In this document: in pieces, positions 27,209-36,502 of the stretch
How positions within the stretch are numbered: the first letter of the stretch is position 1
Layout of the letters: every line of letters starts with the position of its first letter
NCBI GenBank assembly: GCA_041946735.1
Contig: JBHGAY010000019.1
Location: 32,001-96,000, forward strand
Origin: Candidatus Eiseniibacteriota bacterium
GTDB taxonomy: Bacteria; Eisenbacteria; RBG-16-71-46; CAIMUX01; VGJL01
Length of the DNA stretch: 64,000 nt
Reading direction: 5' to 3'
Position numbers and translations under genes: made by a program
Notes under the pieces: generated by a model
What the model was told of the DNA's origin: nothing
Seen by the model: the letters and a program-made list of their open reading frames with translations, nothing else
Databases searched by the model: none

Positions 27209-28621
27209 TCACGCCGCCTCCGCCTGCTGCGAGTCCTCGAAGCCGGGCTCGAGCGCGCCCTTCCCCTCGTGGTCGCCGATTCCGTAGGAGAGGAGCTTGC
27301 GGTAGAGCGTGGACGGGTTGATCCCGAGGATCTCGCTCGCCCGCTTCTTCTGCCATCCGGTGTGGTCCAAGACCTTCAGGATGTACTCGCGCTCGAGCTC
27401 GTCGAGCGTGAGCGTCGGCGTGTCGATCACGAGCGTCCCCTGGCGCGTGGGTCCGCGGATGATCTTCTCCGGCAGATCCTGCAGGCGGATCGCGCCGCCT
27501 TCGTTCAGGATCACGGCCCGCTCGATCACGTTCTCCAGCTCGCGCACGTTTCCCGGCCAGTCGTAGCGGAGCAGCCCCTCGAGCGCCTCGTCGTCGACCG
27601 TCTTCAGGCCGGTCGGCCCGGTGAAACGCTGCAGGAAGTGCTCGACGAGCAGCGGGATGTCGTCGCGCCGCTGGCGCAGCGGCGGCAGGCGCAGCGGGAT
27701 CACGTTCAGCCGGTAGAAGAGGTCGGTCCGGAAGCGCCCCTCGCTCACCTCCCGCTCGAGGTCGGCGTTCGTCGCGGCGATCAGGCGCACGTTGATCTGG
27801 ATCGGCTTCGTCCCGCCGACCGGGATGATCTCGCGCTCCTGGAGCGCCCGGAGGAGCTTCACCTGCGTCGCCGGAGTCATCTCCCCGACCTCGTCGAGCA
27901 GGAAGGTCCCGCCCTCGCTGACGGTGAAGAGGCCGGGCTGGTCGCGCACCGCGCCGGTGAAGGAGCCGCGGACGTGGCCGAAGAGGTTCGACTCGAGGAG
28001 GTCCTTCGGGAGCGCGCCGCAGTTGATCGAGACGAACGGCCCCTGCGCGCGCCGGCTGCAGTAGTGGATCTCGCGCGCGATCAGCTCCTTGCCGGTGCCG
28101 CTCTCGCCGTAGATCAGGATCGTCGCCTCGGTGTCGGCGACTTTCTCGATCATCTTGAAGACCTTCGCCATCTCCTCGGACTTGCCGATGATCTTGCGTT
28201 CGGAGTGCGTGCGCCGCATCTGCCGCTTCAACGTCTGGTTCTCCGACTGCAGGCGTCCCATGGAGAGGGCGTTGCGCACGACGAGGAGGATCTCGTCGTT
28301 CTTCGCCTTCTTCTCGATGTACTGGTACGCCCCCTTGTTCAGCGCTTCGATGGCCGAGGCGGTGGAGGCGTAGGCGGTGAGGATGACGACCGGCGTCTCG
28401 ACCGACTTCTGCTTCACCGCCTCGAGGATCTGGATGCCGGTCGCGTCGGGCATCTTCAGGTCGGTGATGACGAGGTCGAACGACTCCTCCTCGAGGAGCG
28501 CGAGCGCGGCCCGCCCCGTCGAAGAGGAGACGACGCGATGGCCTTCCTTCTCGAGGAGGACGGTCAGGAACCGGCGCATCGACTCTTCGTCATCGATGAT
28601 CAGGATGCTCGTCTTCTCCAC
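27209..28621 (-). CDS. pilR: Sigma54-dependent response regulator (PilR)
   Basis: REC domain (IIDDE, TDLKMP), GESGTGKE, GSFTGA, WPGNVREL, Fis-type HTH. Confidence 0.92.
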   Translation of the reverse strand: MEKTSILIIDDEESMRRFLTVLLEKEGHRVVSSSTGRAALALLEEESFDLVITDLKMPDATGIQILEAVKQKSVETPVVILTAYASTASAIEALNKGAYQYIEKKAKNDEILLVVRNALSMGRLQSENQTLKRQMRRTHSERKIIGKSEEMAKVFKMIEKVADTEATILIYGESGTGKELIAREIHYCSRRAQGPFVSINCGALPKDLLESNLFGHVRGSFTGAVRDQPGLFTVSEGGTFLLDEVGEMTPATQVKLLRALQEREIIPVGGTKPIQINVRLIAATNADLEREVSEGRFRTDLFYRLNVIPLRLPPLRQRRDDIPLLVEHFLQRFTGPTGLKTVDDEALEGLLRYDWPGNVRELENVIERAVILNEGGAIRLQDLPEKIIRGPTRQGTLVIDTPTLTLDELEREYILKVLDHTGWQKKRASEILGINPSTLYRKLLSYGIGDHEGKGALEPGFEDSQQAEAA

Positions 28622-28636
28622 GGTCTCCTCCGGTTG

Positions 28637-30280
28637 TCAAGCCACCCGCGCCAGCGCCGTCCCGCGGGGCAGGGAGAGCCGCGCCCTCGCTCCGCCCCCC
28701 TCGCGGGGTTCCAGCCGCACCTCGCCGCCCATACGGCGCGCGAGCCTGCGCGCGATCGAAAGACCGAGTCCCGTCCCCCCCGCCTTGTGGGAGCGGAACG
28801 GCTCGAACAGCCCCTCCGGATCCCCCTCCGGAAGCCCCTCGCCCGTGTCCTCGACGAGGATCGCGAGCGCGCCGTCTGCGGCGTCCGCGGCGTCCGCGAC
28901 GTCGGTGGCGTCCGCGGCGTCCCCGGCAGGCTCCCCCTCCGCCACGCGCACCCGGACCTCCCCCTTCGGGGTCGCCTCCAGGGCGTTCAGGATCAGGTTG
29001 CGGAGGACATCGCGCAGGGCGGAGCGGTCGGCGCGCGCCGTCCAGCCTCCGCCGTCCACCACGATCGCGACCTCCGGAGAGCGCGACGGATGGAACGAGA
29101 GGGCGGACGCCTCCTCACGCAGGAGTGAATCGAGATCGATCTCCTCGATCGTTAGCGATTTGTCCCGAGCGAAGGTCAGGAAATCGCCGAGGAAGGTCTC
29201 GAGCGCCGCGGACTCGCGCAGGATGATCGAGAAGAGCTCGCCCGCGACCCCTTCCTGGGGGATCTCGCGCGAGAGAAGCTCGATCGATCCGACGACCGGC
29301 TTCAGGGAGTTGCGGATCTCGTGCGCGAGATGCCCCGAAAGTTCCCCGAGCAGCGCGAGGCGTTCGCGCCGCGCCGCCTCGGCCTCCTGCTCCTTGTGCG
29401 TCGTCAGGTCGTGCAGGAGAAGGACGAGGCCGCGGGGATCGCCCTGCGCGTCGCGCACGTGCGAGGCGAACAGCTCGAGCGGGACCGGGGCCGCCCCTGG
29501 AGTGAAGGAGGTGGCGAGGCCGATCTCCTCGCCGGCCAAGGGCAGCCCCAACATCGTCTTCTCGATCGCCGCCAGTAGCGGCGCCAGCCTCTCCGGGTCC
29601 CCCGCTTCGTCGAGACGCTTGCCCTCGAAATCGGGATGGAGGGCGAGCAGCGAAACGGCGGAAGCGTTCGCGCGGCGGATCCGCCCGGTCCGATCGAGGC
29701 AGAGGAGCGGATTCGCGAGGCTTTCGACGATCGTCTCCGCGTCGAGCCGCTCGTGCTCCAGCTCTCCCTGAACGCGGGCCATCTCGCGCGTCTGCCTCTC
29801 CATGCGGCGCCCGAGCAGTCCGACGAGGAGTCCGAGCAGCAGCAGGAAGAAGCTCGTCAGGACGGAGGGGAAGCCCGAGTCGACGCCGGCGTGGGCGATC
29901 CCCGCCCAGGTCGCGCCGGCCGCGCCGAAGGCGGCGACCATCCCGCCGGCCAGGCCGAACGACATCCCGGCGCAGCCGATCGTGAGGGTGAAGAGGAGCA
30001 GGAACGGCGATCGCGACAGCCCGGTCGTCGCGACGGCGGCCGCTTCGAGCAGGAGATCGAGCGCGAGCAGGATGGCCAGGATCGTCGCACGCGACGACGG
30101 AGAGCCTCTCCGCAGCGGGACCGCCGCGGCGAGGCTGCTCGCCGCGGCCGCCCCGATCAGGAGGGGGGCGAGCCCGCGCGCCGGCGCGTCGAACCAGAAG
30201 GCCAAGAGCGCCCCGATCCCGGCGGCCAGCAGGACGCGGGTCACCAGATAGCGGATCAAGGTGCTGGAGGCGCGCATCAC
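28637..30280 (-). CDS. pilS: Membrane sensor histidine kinase (PilS-like)
   Basis: Multiple TM segments, PAS domain, AHEIRNSL, NLILNA, DTGEG, GTGLGL; located between pilC and pilR. Confidence 0.88.
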   Translation of the reverse strand: MMRASSTLIRYLVTRVLLAAGIGALLAFWFDAPARGLAPLLIGAAAASSLAAAVPLRRGSPSSRATILAILLALDLLLEAAAVATTGLSRSPFLLLFTLTIGCAGMSFGLAGGMVAAFGAAGATWAGIAHAGVDSGFPSVLTSFFLLLLGLLVGLLGRRMERQTREMARVQGELEHERLDAETIVESLANPLLCLDRTGRIRRANASAVSLLALHPDFEGKRLDEAGDPERLAPLLAAIEKTMLGLPLAGEEIGLATSFTPGAAPVPLELFASHVRDAQGDPRGLVLLLHDLTTHKEQEAEAARRERLALLGELSGHLAHEIRNSLKPVVGSIELLSREIPQEGVAGELFSIILRESAALETFLGDFLTFARDKSLTIEEIDLDSLLREEASALSFHPSRSPEVAIVVDGGGWTARADRSALRDVLRNLILNALEATPKGEVRVRVAEGEPAGDAADATDVADAADAADGALAILVEDTGEGLPEGDPEGLFEPFRSHKAGGTGLGLSIARRLARRMGGEVRLEPREGGGARARLSLPRGTALARVA

Positions 30281-30299
30281 GAATCCGCCCCGGGCCGGG

Positions 30300-31517
30300 T
30301 CACTTCGAGCCGGCGACGACGTTGATCAGCTTGAACATCGGCAGGTACATCGCGATCACCATCCCGCCGACCAGAACTCCCATGATGACGATCATGACCG
30401 GCTCGATGATCGAGGTCAGCGTCTCGACGGCGACGTTCACCTCGTCGTCGTAGAAGTTCGCGATCTTCTCGAGCATCTTGTCGAGCGCGCCGGTCTCCTC
30501 GCCGACCGCGATCATCTGGACGACCATCGGCGGGAAGACGCCCGATTCCTTCAGGGGGGCCGCGATCGTCTCCCCTTCGCCGATCGAGCCCTTGGTCGTC
30601 AGGATCGCCGCCTCGATCACCTTGTTGCCGGCCGTCCGCGCGGTGATGTCGAGGGCGGTCAGGATCGGCACGCCCGAAGTGATCATCGTCCCGAGCGTGC
30701 GCGTGAAGCGGGCGATCGAGGACTTGCGCAGGAGCGATCCGAGGACCGGCGACTTGAGGAGCATCCGGTCGATGCGCATCTTGCCGGACTCGGTACGGTA
30801 GTAGCGGCGCAGCGCGGTCACGAGCGCGAAGATGACCCCCGCGATCGCCCACCAGTACGCCTTGAGCCCGTTCGACATGATCATGACGATCCGCGTGGGG
30901 AGAGGCAGCTCGCCGCCGAAGTCGGCGAAGATTCGCGCGAAGGTCGGGATGATGAAGATCAGCATGAAGACCGTGGCCCCGATCGCGACGGTCATGACGA
31001 CCGCCGGGTAGGTCATCGCGCTCTTCACCTTGCGGCGGAGCGCCTCGGCCTTCTCGAGGTAACCGGCGAGACGCTGGAGGATGTCGTCCAGGATACCGCC
31101 CGCCTCCCCCGCGTCGACCATGTTGCAGTAGAGGGTGTCGAACACCTGCGGGCGGCGCCCGAGCGACTCGGACAGGGTCGAGCCGGCCTCGACGTCGTGC
31201 ATGACCCCCGCGATGATCTGGCGGAAGTTCGCGCTCTCCGCCTGCTTCGACAGGATGTCGAGGCACTGCACGAGCGGAAGCCCCGAGTTGATCATCGTGG
31301 CGAACTGCCGCGTGAAGATCACGAGGTCCTTCATCTTCACGCGCGCCGCCGCGACCTTCAGCCCGAGCGTGATCGGTTTCGGCTTCTCGCGAATGTAGAG
31401 CGCGATGATCCGCTTGCGGCGGAGATAGGTCACCGCCTCGTCGCGCGAGTTGAACGTGAGCTCCCCCGCCTGCGATTCGCCGGCGGTCGTCTTCCCCTTC
31501 CACGCGTAGACCGGCAT
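30300..31517 (-). CDS. pilC: Type IV pilus platform protein
   Basis: FTRQFATMINSGLPL, AGEAGG, AMTYP, VGEETG, MYLPMF. Confidence 0.96.
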   Translation of the reverse strand: MPVYAWKGKTTAGESQAGELTFNSRDEAVTYLRRKRIIALYIREKPKPITLGLKVAAARVKMKDLVIFTRQFATMINSGLPLVQCLDILSKQAESANFRQIIAGVMHDVEAGSTLSESLGRRPQVFDTLYCNMVDAGEAGGILDDILQRLAGYLEKAEALRRKVKSAMTYPAVVMTVAIGATVFMLIFIIPTFARIFADFGGELPLPTRIVMIMSNGLKAYWWAIAGVIFALVTALRRYYRTESGKMRIDRMLLKSPVLGSLLRKSSIARFTRTLGTMITSGVPILTALDITARTAGNKVIEAAILTTKGSIGEGETIAAPLKESGVFPPMVVQMIAVGEETGALDKMLEKIANFYDDEVNVAVETLTSIIEPVMIVIMGVLVGGMVIAMYLPMFKLINVVAGSK

Positions 31518-31557
31518 CGGTCGAAACTCCTCTCGGCACCTACCGCGGCGCCAGCGC

Positions 31558-32667
31558 CTACCGCGACGTCAGGCTGACGCTCTGCGGCCGGTAGCTCGGA
31601 TCCGACTTCTGGATCATCTGCTCGAGCTCGAGCATGTTCGAGCTGTGGCCGATCGCGCTCTCGAGCGTGATCTTCTTCTGGACGTAGGCGGCGAAGAGCC
31701 CCTGGTTCATCGTTTGCATGCCGAACTTCTGCCCCGCCTGCATGAGCGTGTAGATCTGGTGCGTCTTCCCTTCCCGGATGACCGCGGACACGGCCGGGGT
31801 GCAGACGAGCAGCTCGCTCACGTTGATCCGGCCGCCGCCGCGCGCGCGCGCGATGAGCTGCTGCGTGATGACTCCCTTCAGCACGAAGGCGAGCTGCGAG
31901 AGCACCTGCCGCTGCTGGTTCGGCGGGAAGACGTCGACGATGCGGTTGATCGACTCGAACGTGGAGTTCGTGTGCAGGGTCGCGAAGACCAAGTGGCCGG
32001 TCTCCGCGATCGTCAGCGCCGCGGCGATCGTCTCGAGGTCTCTCATCTCTCCGATCAGGATCACGTCCGGGTCCTGGCGGAGGACGTACTTCAGAGCCTC
32101 CTGGAACGACCGCGTGTCGGAGTTCACCTCCCGCTGGTTGACGATGCACCGCTTGTGCGGATGGATGTACTCGATCGGGTCCTCGATCGTGATGATGTGT
32201 CCCGCGCGGTTCGCGTTGATCCGGTCGAGCAGCGCGGCGAGCGTCGTCGACTTGCCGCTGCCGGTCGGACCCGTCACGAGGACGAGGCCGTTCGGCAGAT
32301 CGGAGAAGTTGCGGACGACCGGCGGGAGGCCGAGCGCGTCGAAGTCCGGGATCTCGTACGGGATCTTTCGGATCGCGGCGGTCGTGACGCCGCGCTGCAG
32401 GAAGACGTTCACGCGGAAGCGCGAGAGGCCCTGGATCCCGAAGGAGAGGTCCAGCTCCTTGTTCATCTCGAAGCGTTTCTTCTGATCGTCCCGGAGGATC
32501 GAGTAGATCAGCGACTCGCAGGTCTCCGGAGTGAGCGGCTCATGGGAGGTGGGGAGGATTTCCCCATCGACCCGGAGTTGCGGCGGCACCCCCGCCGTCA
32601 GATGGAGGTCGGACGCGTTCTGCTCGATCGCTTCCTGCAACAACATGTGCAACGTCAGCATGCTCAT
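31558..32667 (-). CDS. pilT: Pilus retraction ATPase
   Basis: SDLHL, GPTGSGKSTT, TIEDPIE, RQDPD, AETGHLVFATLHT, AVSAVIRE (AIRNLIRE variant), GMQTM. Confidence 0.96.
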   Translation of the reverse strand: MSMLTLHMLLQEAIEQNASDLHLTAGVPPQLRVDGEILPTSHEPLTPETCESLIYSILRDDQKKRFEMNKELDLSFGIQGLSRFRVNVFLQRGVTTAAIRKIPYEIPDFDALGLPPVVRNFSDLPNGLVLVTGPTGSGKSTTLAALLDRINANRAGHIITIEDPIEYIHPHKRCIVNQREVNSDTRSFQEALKYVLRQDPDVILIGEMRDLETIAAALTIAETGHLVFATLHTNSTFESINRIVDVFPPNQQRQVLSQLAFVLKGVITQQLIARARGGGRINVSELLVCTPAVSAVIREGKTHQIYTLMQAGQKFGMQTMNQGLFAAYVQKKITLESAIGHSSNMLELEQMIQKSDPSYRPQSVSLTSR

Positions 32668-32832
32668 CCCCCTGCGCGCTCGCCGAGCGCCGTCCGGCCG
32701 TGGAATCCCCTAGCGTTTTCGACCGTTCCGGCGGGCGTCTTGAGGGGGGATCCGGAGGCGGCCGGATCGGGGAATTGCGCCCGGCCGCCGGAGGGGCGCG
32801 CGGGCGAAGCGGGGCGATGCCGCGGACCCGGT

Positions 32833-33972
32833 CTAGGTCGTCTGCCGGTCCGCCCAGGCGAGGACGGTGCTCGCGACGTATTCCCGCTGCTCGGGCGTCA
32901 CGTCGGGATGGACCGGCAAGGCCAGGACTTCCCCGGCGGCCTCCTCCGCGACGGGGCAGTCCCCCGCGCGGCCGCCGAGCGGCGCGAAGCATTCCTGCAG
33001 GTGCAACGGCAGCGGGTAGTAGATTCCGCTGTCGATTCCGGCATCGGTCAAGTGCCGGCGCAGGCCGTCGCGGCCGCCGCCCGCAACGCGGATCACGTAC
33101 TGGTGGTAGACGTGGCGGCGTCCGGGCAGGACGGCGGGAGGGAAGAGGGCGGGATGGCCGGCGAAGCGAGCGTCGTAGAAGCGGGCGTTCTCCTCGCGCG
33201 CCTTCTGCCACACCGGGAGCCTCGACAGCTTCACCCGCAGGATCGCCGCCTGCACGGCGTCCAGGCGGCTGTTCGTCCCGACGACGCGGTGCACGTAGCC
33301 GCCGTCGCTGCCGTGCGCGGCGTAGCGGCGAACCGCGGCGGCGAGAGCGTCGTCGTCCGTCGTGACGAGCCCCGCGTCGCCGCAGGCGCCGAGGTTCTTC
33401 GTGGGATAGAAACTGAAGGCCGCGAGATCGGCCAGATCGCCGAGCGCGCCGGCCGGCCGGCCGTCGAGCGTCGCGCCGATCGCCTGCGCCGCGTCCTCGA
33501 GGATCGCGATCGGTCGCGCGGGGAGTGTGGGGAGCGCGGCTCGGATCGCGTCGTAGCCGGCGCACTGTCCGAAGAGGTCGACCGGGATCACCGCCTTCGT
33601 GCGCTCGGTGACGAGGCGCGGCAGCGCGGCGGGATCGAGCGTCATGCCGGCGGGCTCGACGTCGGCGAAGACGGGCCGGGCGCCGGCGTTCACCACCGCT
33701 CCGGCGGTCGCGAAGAAGGTGAAGGTCGGGACGATCACCTCGTCCCCCCGTCCGACGCCGAGCGCCTTGAGGGAGAGCAGGAGCGCGTCGGTCCCCGACG
33801 CGACGGCGATCGCGTGGCGCGCGCCGAGGAGGCGGGCCATCTCCTCCTCGAGCCCCTTCACCTCCGGCCCGCCGATCCATCCGCCCGAGGCGAGCACCCG
33901 CTCCACCGCCTCGAGGATCGGCTTGCGCAACGATTCGAACTGAGCCGCCGTGTCGAGCATCCGCACCCGCAT
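32833..33972 (-). CDS. DegT/DnrJ/EryC1/StrS PLP-dependent sugar aminotransferase
   Basis: SGTDAL, EDAAQA, SFYPTKNLG (catalytic Lys), NSRLDAVQAA. Confidence 0.95.
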   Translation of the reverse strand: MRVRMLDTAAQFESLRKPILEAVERVLASGGWIGGPEVKGLEEEMARLLGARHAIAVASGTDALLLSLKALGVGRGDEVIVPTFTFFATAGAVVNAGARPVFADVEPAGMTLDPAALPRLVTERTKAVIPVDLFGQCAGYDAIRAALPTLPARPIAILEDAAQAIGATLDGRPAGALGDLADLAAFSFYPTKNLGACGDAGLVTTDDDALAAAVRRYAAHGSDGGYVHRVVGTNSRLDAVQAAILRVKLSRLPVWQKAREENARFYDARFAGHPALFPPAVLPGRRHVYHQYVIRVAGGGRDGLRRHLTDAGIDSGIYYPLPLHLQECFAPLGGRAGDCPVAEEAAGEVLALPVHPDVTPEQREYVASTVLAWADRQTT

Positions 33973-34106
33973 CGTCCTCTTCCCTCCCCGCCGTCCCGGC
34001 CGGCATTCCCCGCCGAGGTCCCGATTGCGGCCGTGACCCGCCGTATCGTAGCCCAGCGGCGGCAGGACGGAACAGGAGAAGGAGCGAGGGGCAGCGGCCG
34101 CCTTCG

Positions 34107-35801
34107 CTACTCGTCCGGGCCGGTCTCCTTGAGAATCTCCTCCGCGCTCGTGATCCCCCGCTTGAGCTTCTCGAGCCCGTCCATCCGGAGCGTCAGCATC
34201 CCCTCGCGGATCGCTTGCTCCTTGATCGCCTGGGTCGAGGCGCGGTCGAGGATCATCTGGCGGATGCGCCCGCTGACGGTCAGGACCTCGTAGACGCCTT
34301 GCCGCCCGCGGTAGCCGGTGTTGTTGCAGTCGTAGCAGCCGCGGCCGCGATAGAACGTGACGCCGGCGGCGCGGGCCGGATCGAGCTGCAGCTCTCGCAG
34401 CACCTCGGCGGAGAGATCGACCGGCTCGCGGCACTTCATGCAGATCCGGCGGATCAGGCGTTGCGCGAGGATCAGGTTCGTCGAGGAGGCGACGAGGAAC
34501 GGCTCGATCCCCATGTCGATCAGGCGGGTCAGCGTCGAGGGGGCGTCGTTGGTGTGGAGAGTCGAGAAGACGAGGTGCCCGGTGAGCGCCGCCTTGACGG
34601 CGATCGAGGCGGTTTCATGGTCCCGCATCTCGCCGACCATGATGATGTTCGGATCCTGCCGCAGGAAGGAGCGCAGCGCGGCGGCGAACGTCAGGTCGAC
34701 CGCCTCGTTGACGTTGACCTGGTTGATGCCGTCGAGGTTGTACTCGACCGGATCCTCCGCGGTCATGATGTTCACCTCGGGCGTGTTCACCTTCGAGAGG
34801 GCGGAGTAGAGCGTGGTCGTCTTTCCCGATCCGGTCGGCCCGGTCACCAGGATCATCCCGTACGGCAGGACGATCGCGCGCTGGAAGCCCTCGAGCGCGC
34901 CCGGCTCGAAGCCGAGCTTCGTGAGATCGAGGGACAGGTTCGATTTGTCGAGGATGCGCAGGACGATCTTCTCGCCGTGGATGCACGGGAGGCTCGAGAC
35001 GCGCAGGTCGACCTGGCGATTGCCGAGGCGGATCTTGATGCGCCCGTCCTGCGGGACGCGGCGCTCCGCGATGTCGAGGTCGGCCATGATCTTCAGGCGC
35101 GAGGTGATCGCGGCGCGCAGCTTGTGCGGCGGGGACATCATCTCGTAGAGCGTGCCATCGATGCGGAAGCGGACGCGCAGCGTCTTCTCGTACGGCTCGA
35201 TGTGGATGTCGCTCGCCCCGCGGCGCACCGCCTCGGCGATCAGGCTGTTCACGAACTTGACGACCGGCGCCTCGCCCGCGCCGACGGCCCCCGCCTCGAT
35301 CGAGAGGTCCTCGTCGATCGTCTCGACGACCTCGACCTCCTCCTCGACCGTTCGCATGATGTCTTCCATCGAGCCGGCGGAGTCGTAGTACTTGTCGATC
35401 GCGCGCTTCAACTGCGCTTCGGTCGCGACGAGCACGCGGACGTTCAGGCCGGTGATGAACTTGATGTCGTCGATCGCGAAGAAGTTCGTCGGGTTCGCCA
35501 TCGCCACCGTCATCTGGCGGCCGTTGCGGGCGATCGGAAGGACCTGGAACTTGTTCGCGACCTCTGCCGGGATCATGCGGACGACGGTGGGGTCGATCTC
35601 CGCCTGATCGAGTTGCACCGCCTGGATGCCATAGAGATCGGAGAGGAAGGCGAGGAGCTGCTCGTCGCTCACGGCGCCGAGCTTGACGAGAGCGGTCGCG
35701 ACCGAGCCCCCCTCCGCCTTCTCGATCTCGCGGGCCCGGCGAAGGGCCTCCTCGCCGATCAATCCGGCATCGAGGAGCTTGCGACCGATGTCGTGCTTCA
35801 A
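34107..35801 (-). CDS. pilB: Pilus extension ATPase
   Basis: TTG start after GGAGG; N-terminal GxxLLxAGLI; GPTGSGKT; CxxC...CxxC; TGYRGR. Confidence 0.96.
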   Translation of the reverse strand: MKHDIGRKLLDAGLIGEEALRRAREIEKAEGGSVATALVKLGAVSDEQLLAFLSDLYGIQAVQLDQAEIDPTVVRMIPAEVANKFQVLPIARNGRQMTVAMANPTNFFAIDDIKFITGLNVRVLVATEAQLKRAIDKYYDSAGSMEDIMRTVEEEVEVVETIDEDLSIEAGAVGAGEAPVVKFVNSLIAEAVRRGASDIHIEPYEKTLRVRFRIDGTLYEMMSPPHKLRAAITSRLKIMADLDIAERRVPQDGRIKIRLGNRQVDLRVSSLPCIHGEKIVLRILDKSNLSLDLTKLGFEPGALEGFQRAIVLPYGMILVTGPTGSGKTTTLYSALSKVNTPEVNIMTAEDPVEYNLDGINQVNVNEAVDLTFAAALRSFLRQDPNIIMVGEMRDHETASIAVKAALTGHLVFSTLHTNDAPSTLTRLIDMGIEPFLVASSTNLILAQRLIRRICMKCREPVDLSAEVLRELQLDPARAAGVTFYRGRGCYDCNNTGYRGRQGVYEVLTVSGRIRQMILDRASTQAIKEQAIREGMLTLRMDGLEKLKRGITSAEEILKETGPDE

Positions 35802-35913
35802 CCGCGCGCCTCCGAGGAAAACGACACGGACGGCACGACCGTATCCGCGGTCGTGCCGGGGCGACCGGACGCAAGGGCTACCAGAGGCATGCCAGAAGCG
35901 CGGGCGGAACCGC

Positions 35914-36453
35914 TCAGGGAAGTCGCGAAGAGGCGCGGGGTTGCGATCCGGAGGCCGCCGGGCGGCCGCGTGCGCCGCGTGCAATCTGCATCGAGGAATC
36001 GGCGAAAGAGGGCGAATCGCCCGGAGCGATCTCGAAGCTCAGAAGCGGCGCGAGACGTTCCACCGTCCGCGGACCGATCCCCTTCACGCGCCGCAGATCG
36101 GCCGGCGCCCGGAACGGCCCGCCCTCGCGGCGCGACGCGACGATGCGGCCGGCAAGCGCCGGGCCGATGCGCGGGAGCGCCTCGAGCGCCGCTTCGTCCG
36201 CCTCGTTGATCCGGATCCGCCCTTCACCGGCGAGGCCGGGAGGCGCCGGCGCGAGGGAGGTGCCCGCGGCGGAACCGGGCGGGGCGGAGGACGTCGCGAG
36301 GCTCTCCGCCTCCTGCGCCAGCAGCACGAGCAGGGAGTCGCCCCCGCAGGCGGGGGAAGGAGCGTCCGGGAACGCCACCCATGCGAGGAGGCCGAGAGAG
36401 AGAAGCCCGATCAGCGCGAGGAGCGCGCGTCTCTCGTCGGGAGTGAAGAGCAT
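35914..36453 (-). CDS. comEA: ComEA-family helix-hairpin-helix DNA-binding protein
   Basis: N-terminal TM; INEAD...LPRIGPALA...DLRRVKGIGPRT. Confidence 0.9.
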   Translation of the reverse strand: MLFTPDERRALLALIGLLSLGLLAWVAFPDAPSPACGGDSLLVLLAQEAESLATSSAPPGSAAGTSLAPAPPGLAGEGRIRINEADEAALEALPRIGPALAGRIVASRREGGPFRAPADLRRVKGIGPRTVERLAPLLSFEIAPGDSPSFADSSMQIARGARGRPAASGSQPRASSRLP

Positions 36454-36502
36454 GATCGCCTCGGCATTGGCGTGACGTAGCGCCACGCCACGCCGCGCGG
36501 AA

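Noticed and set aside
35880..35895. Sigma54 promoter for pilB (TGGCATGCCTCTGGTA)
   Set aside because: The -12 position reads GT rather than GC, which is too weak to call.
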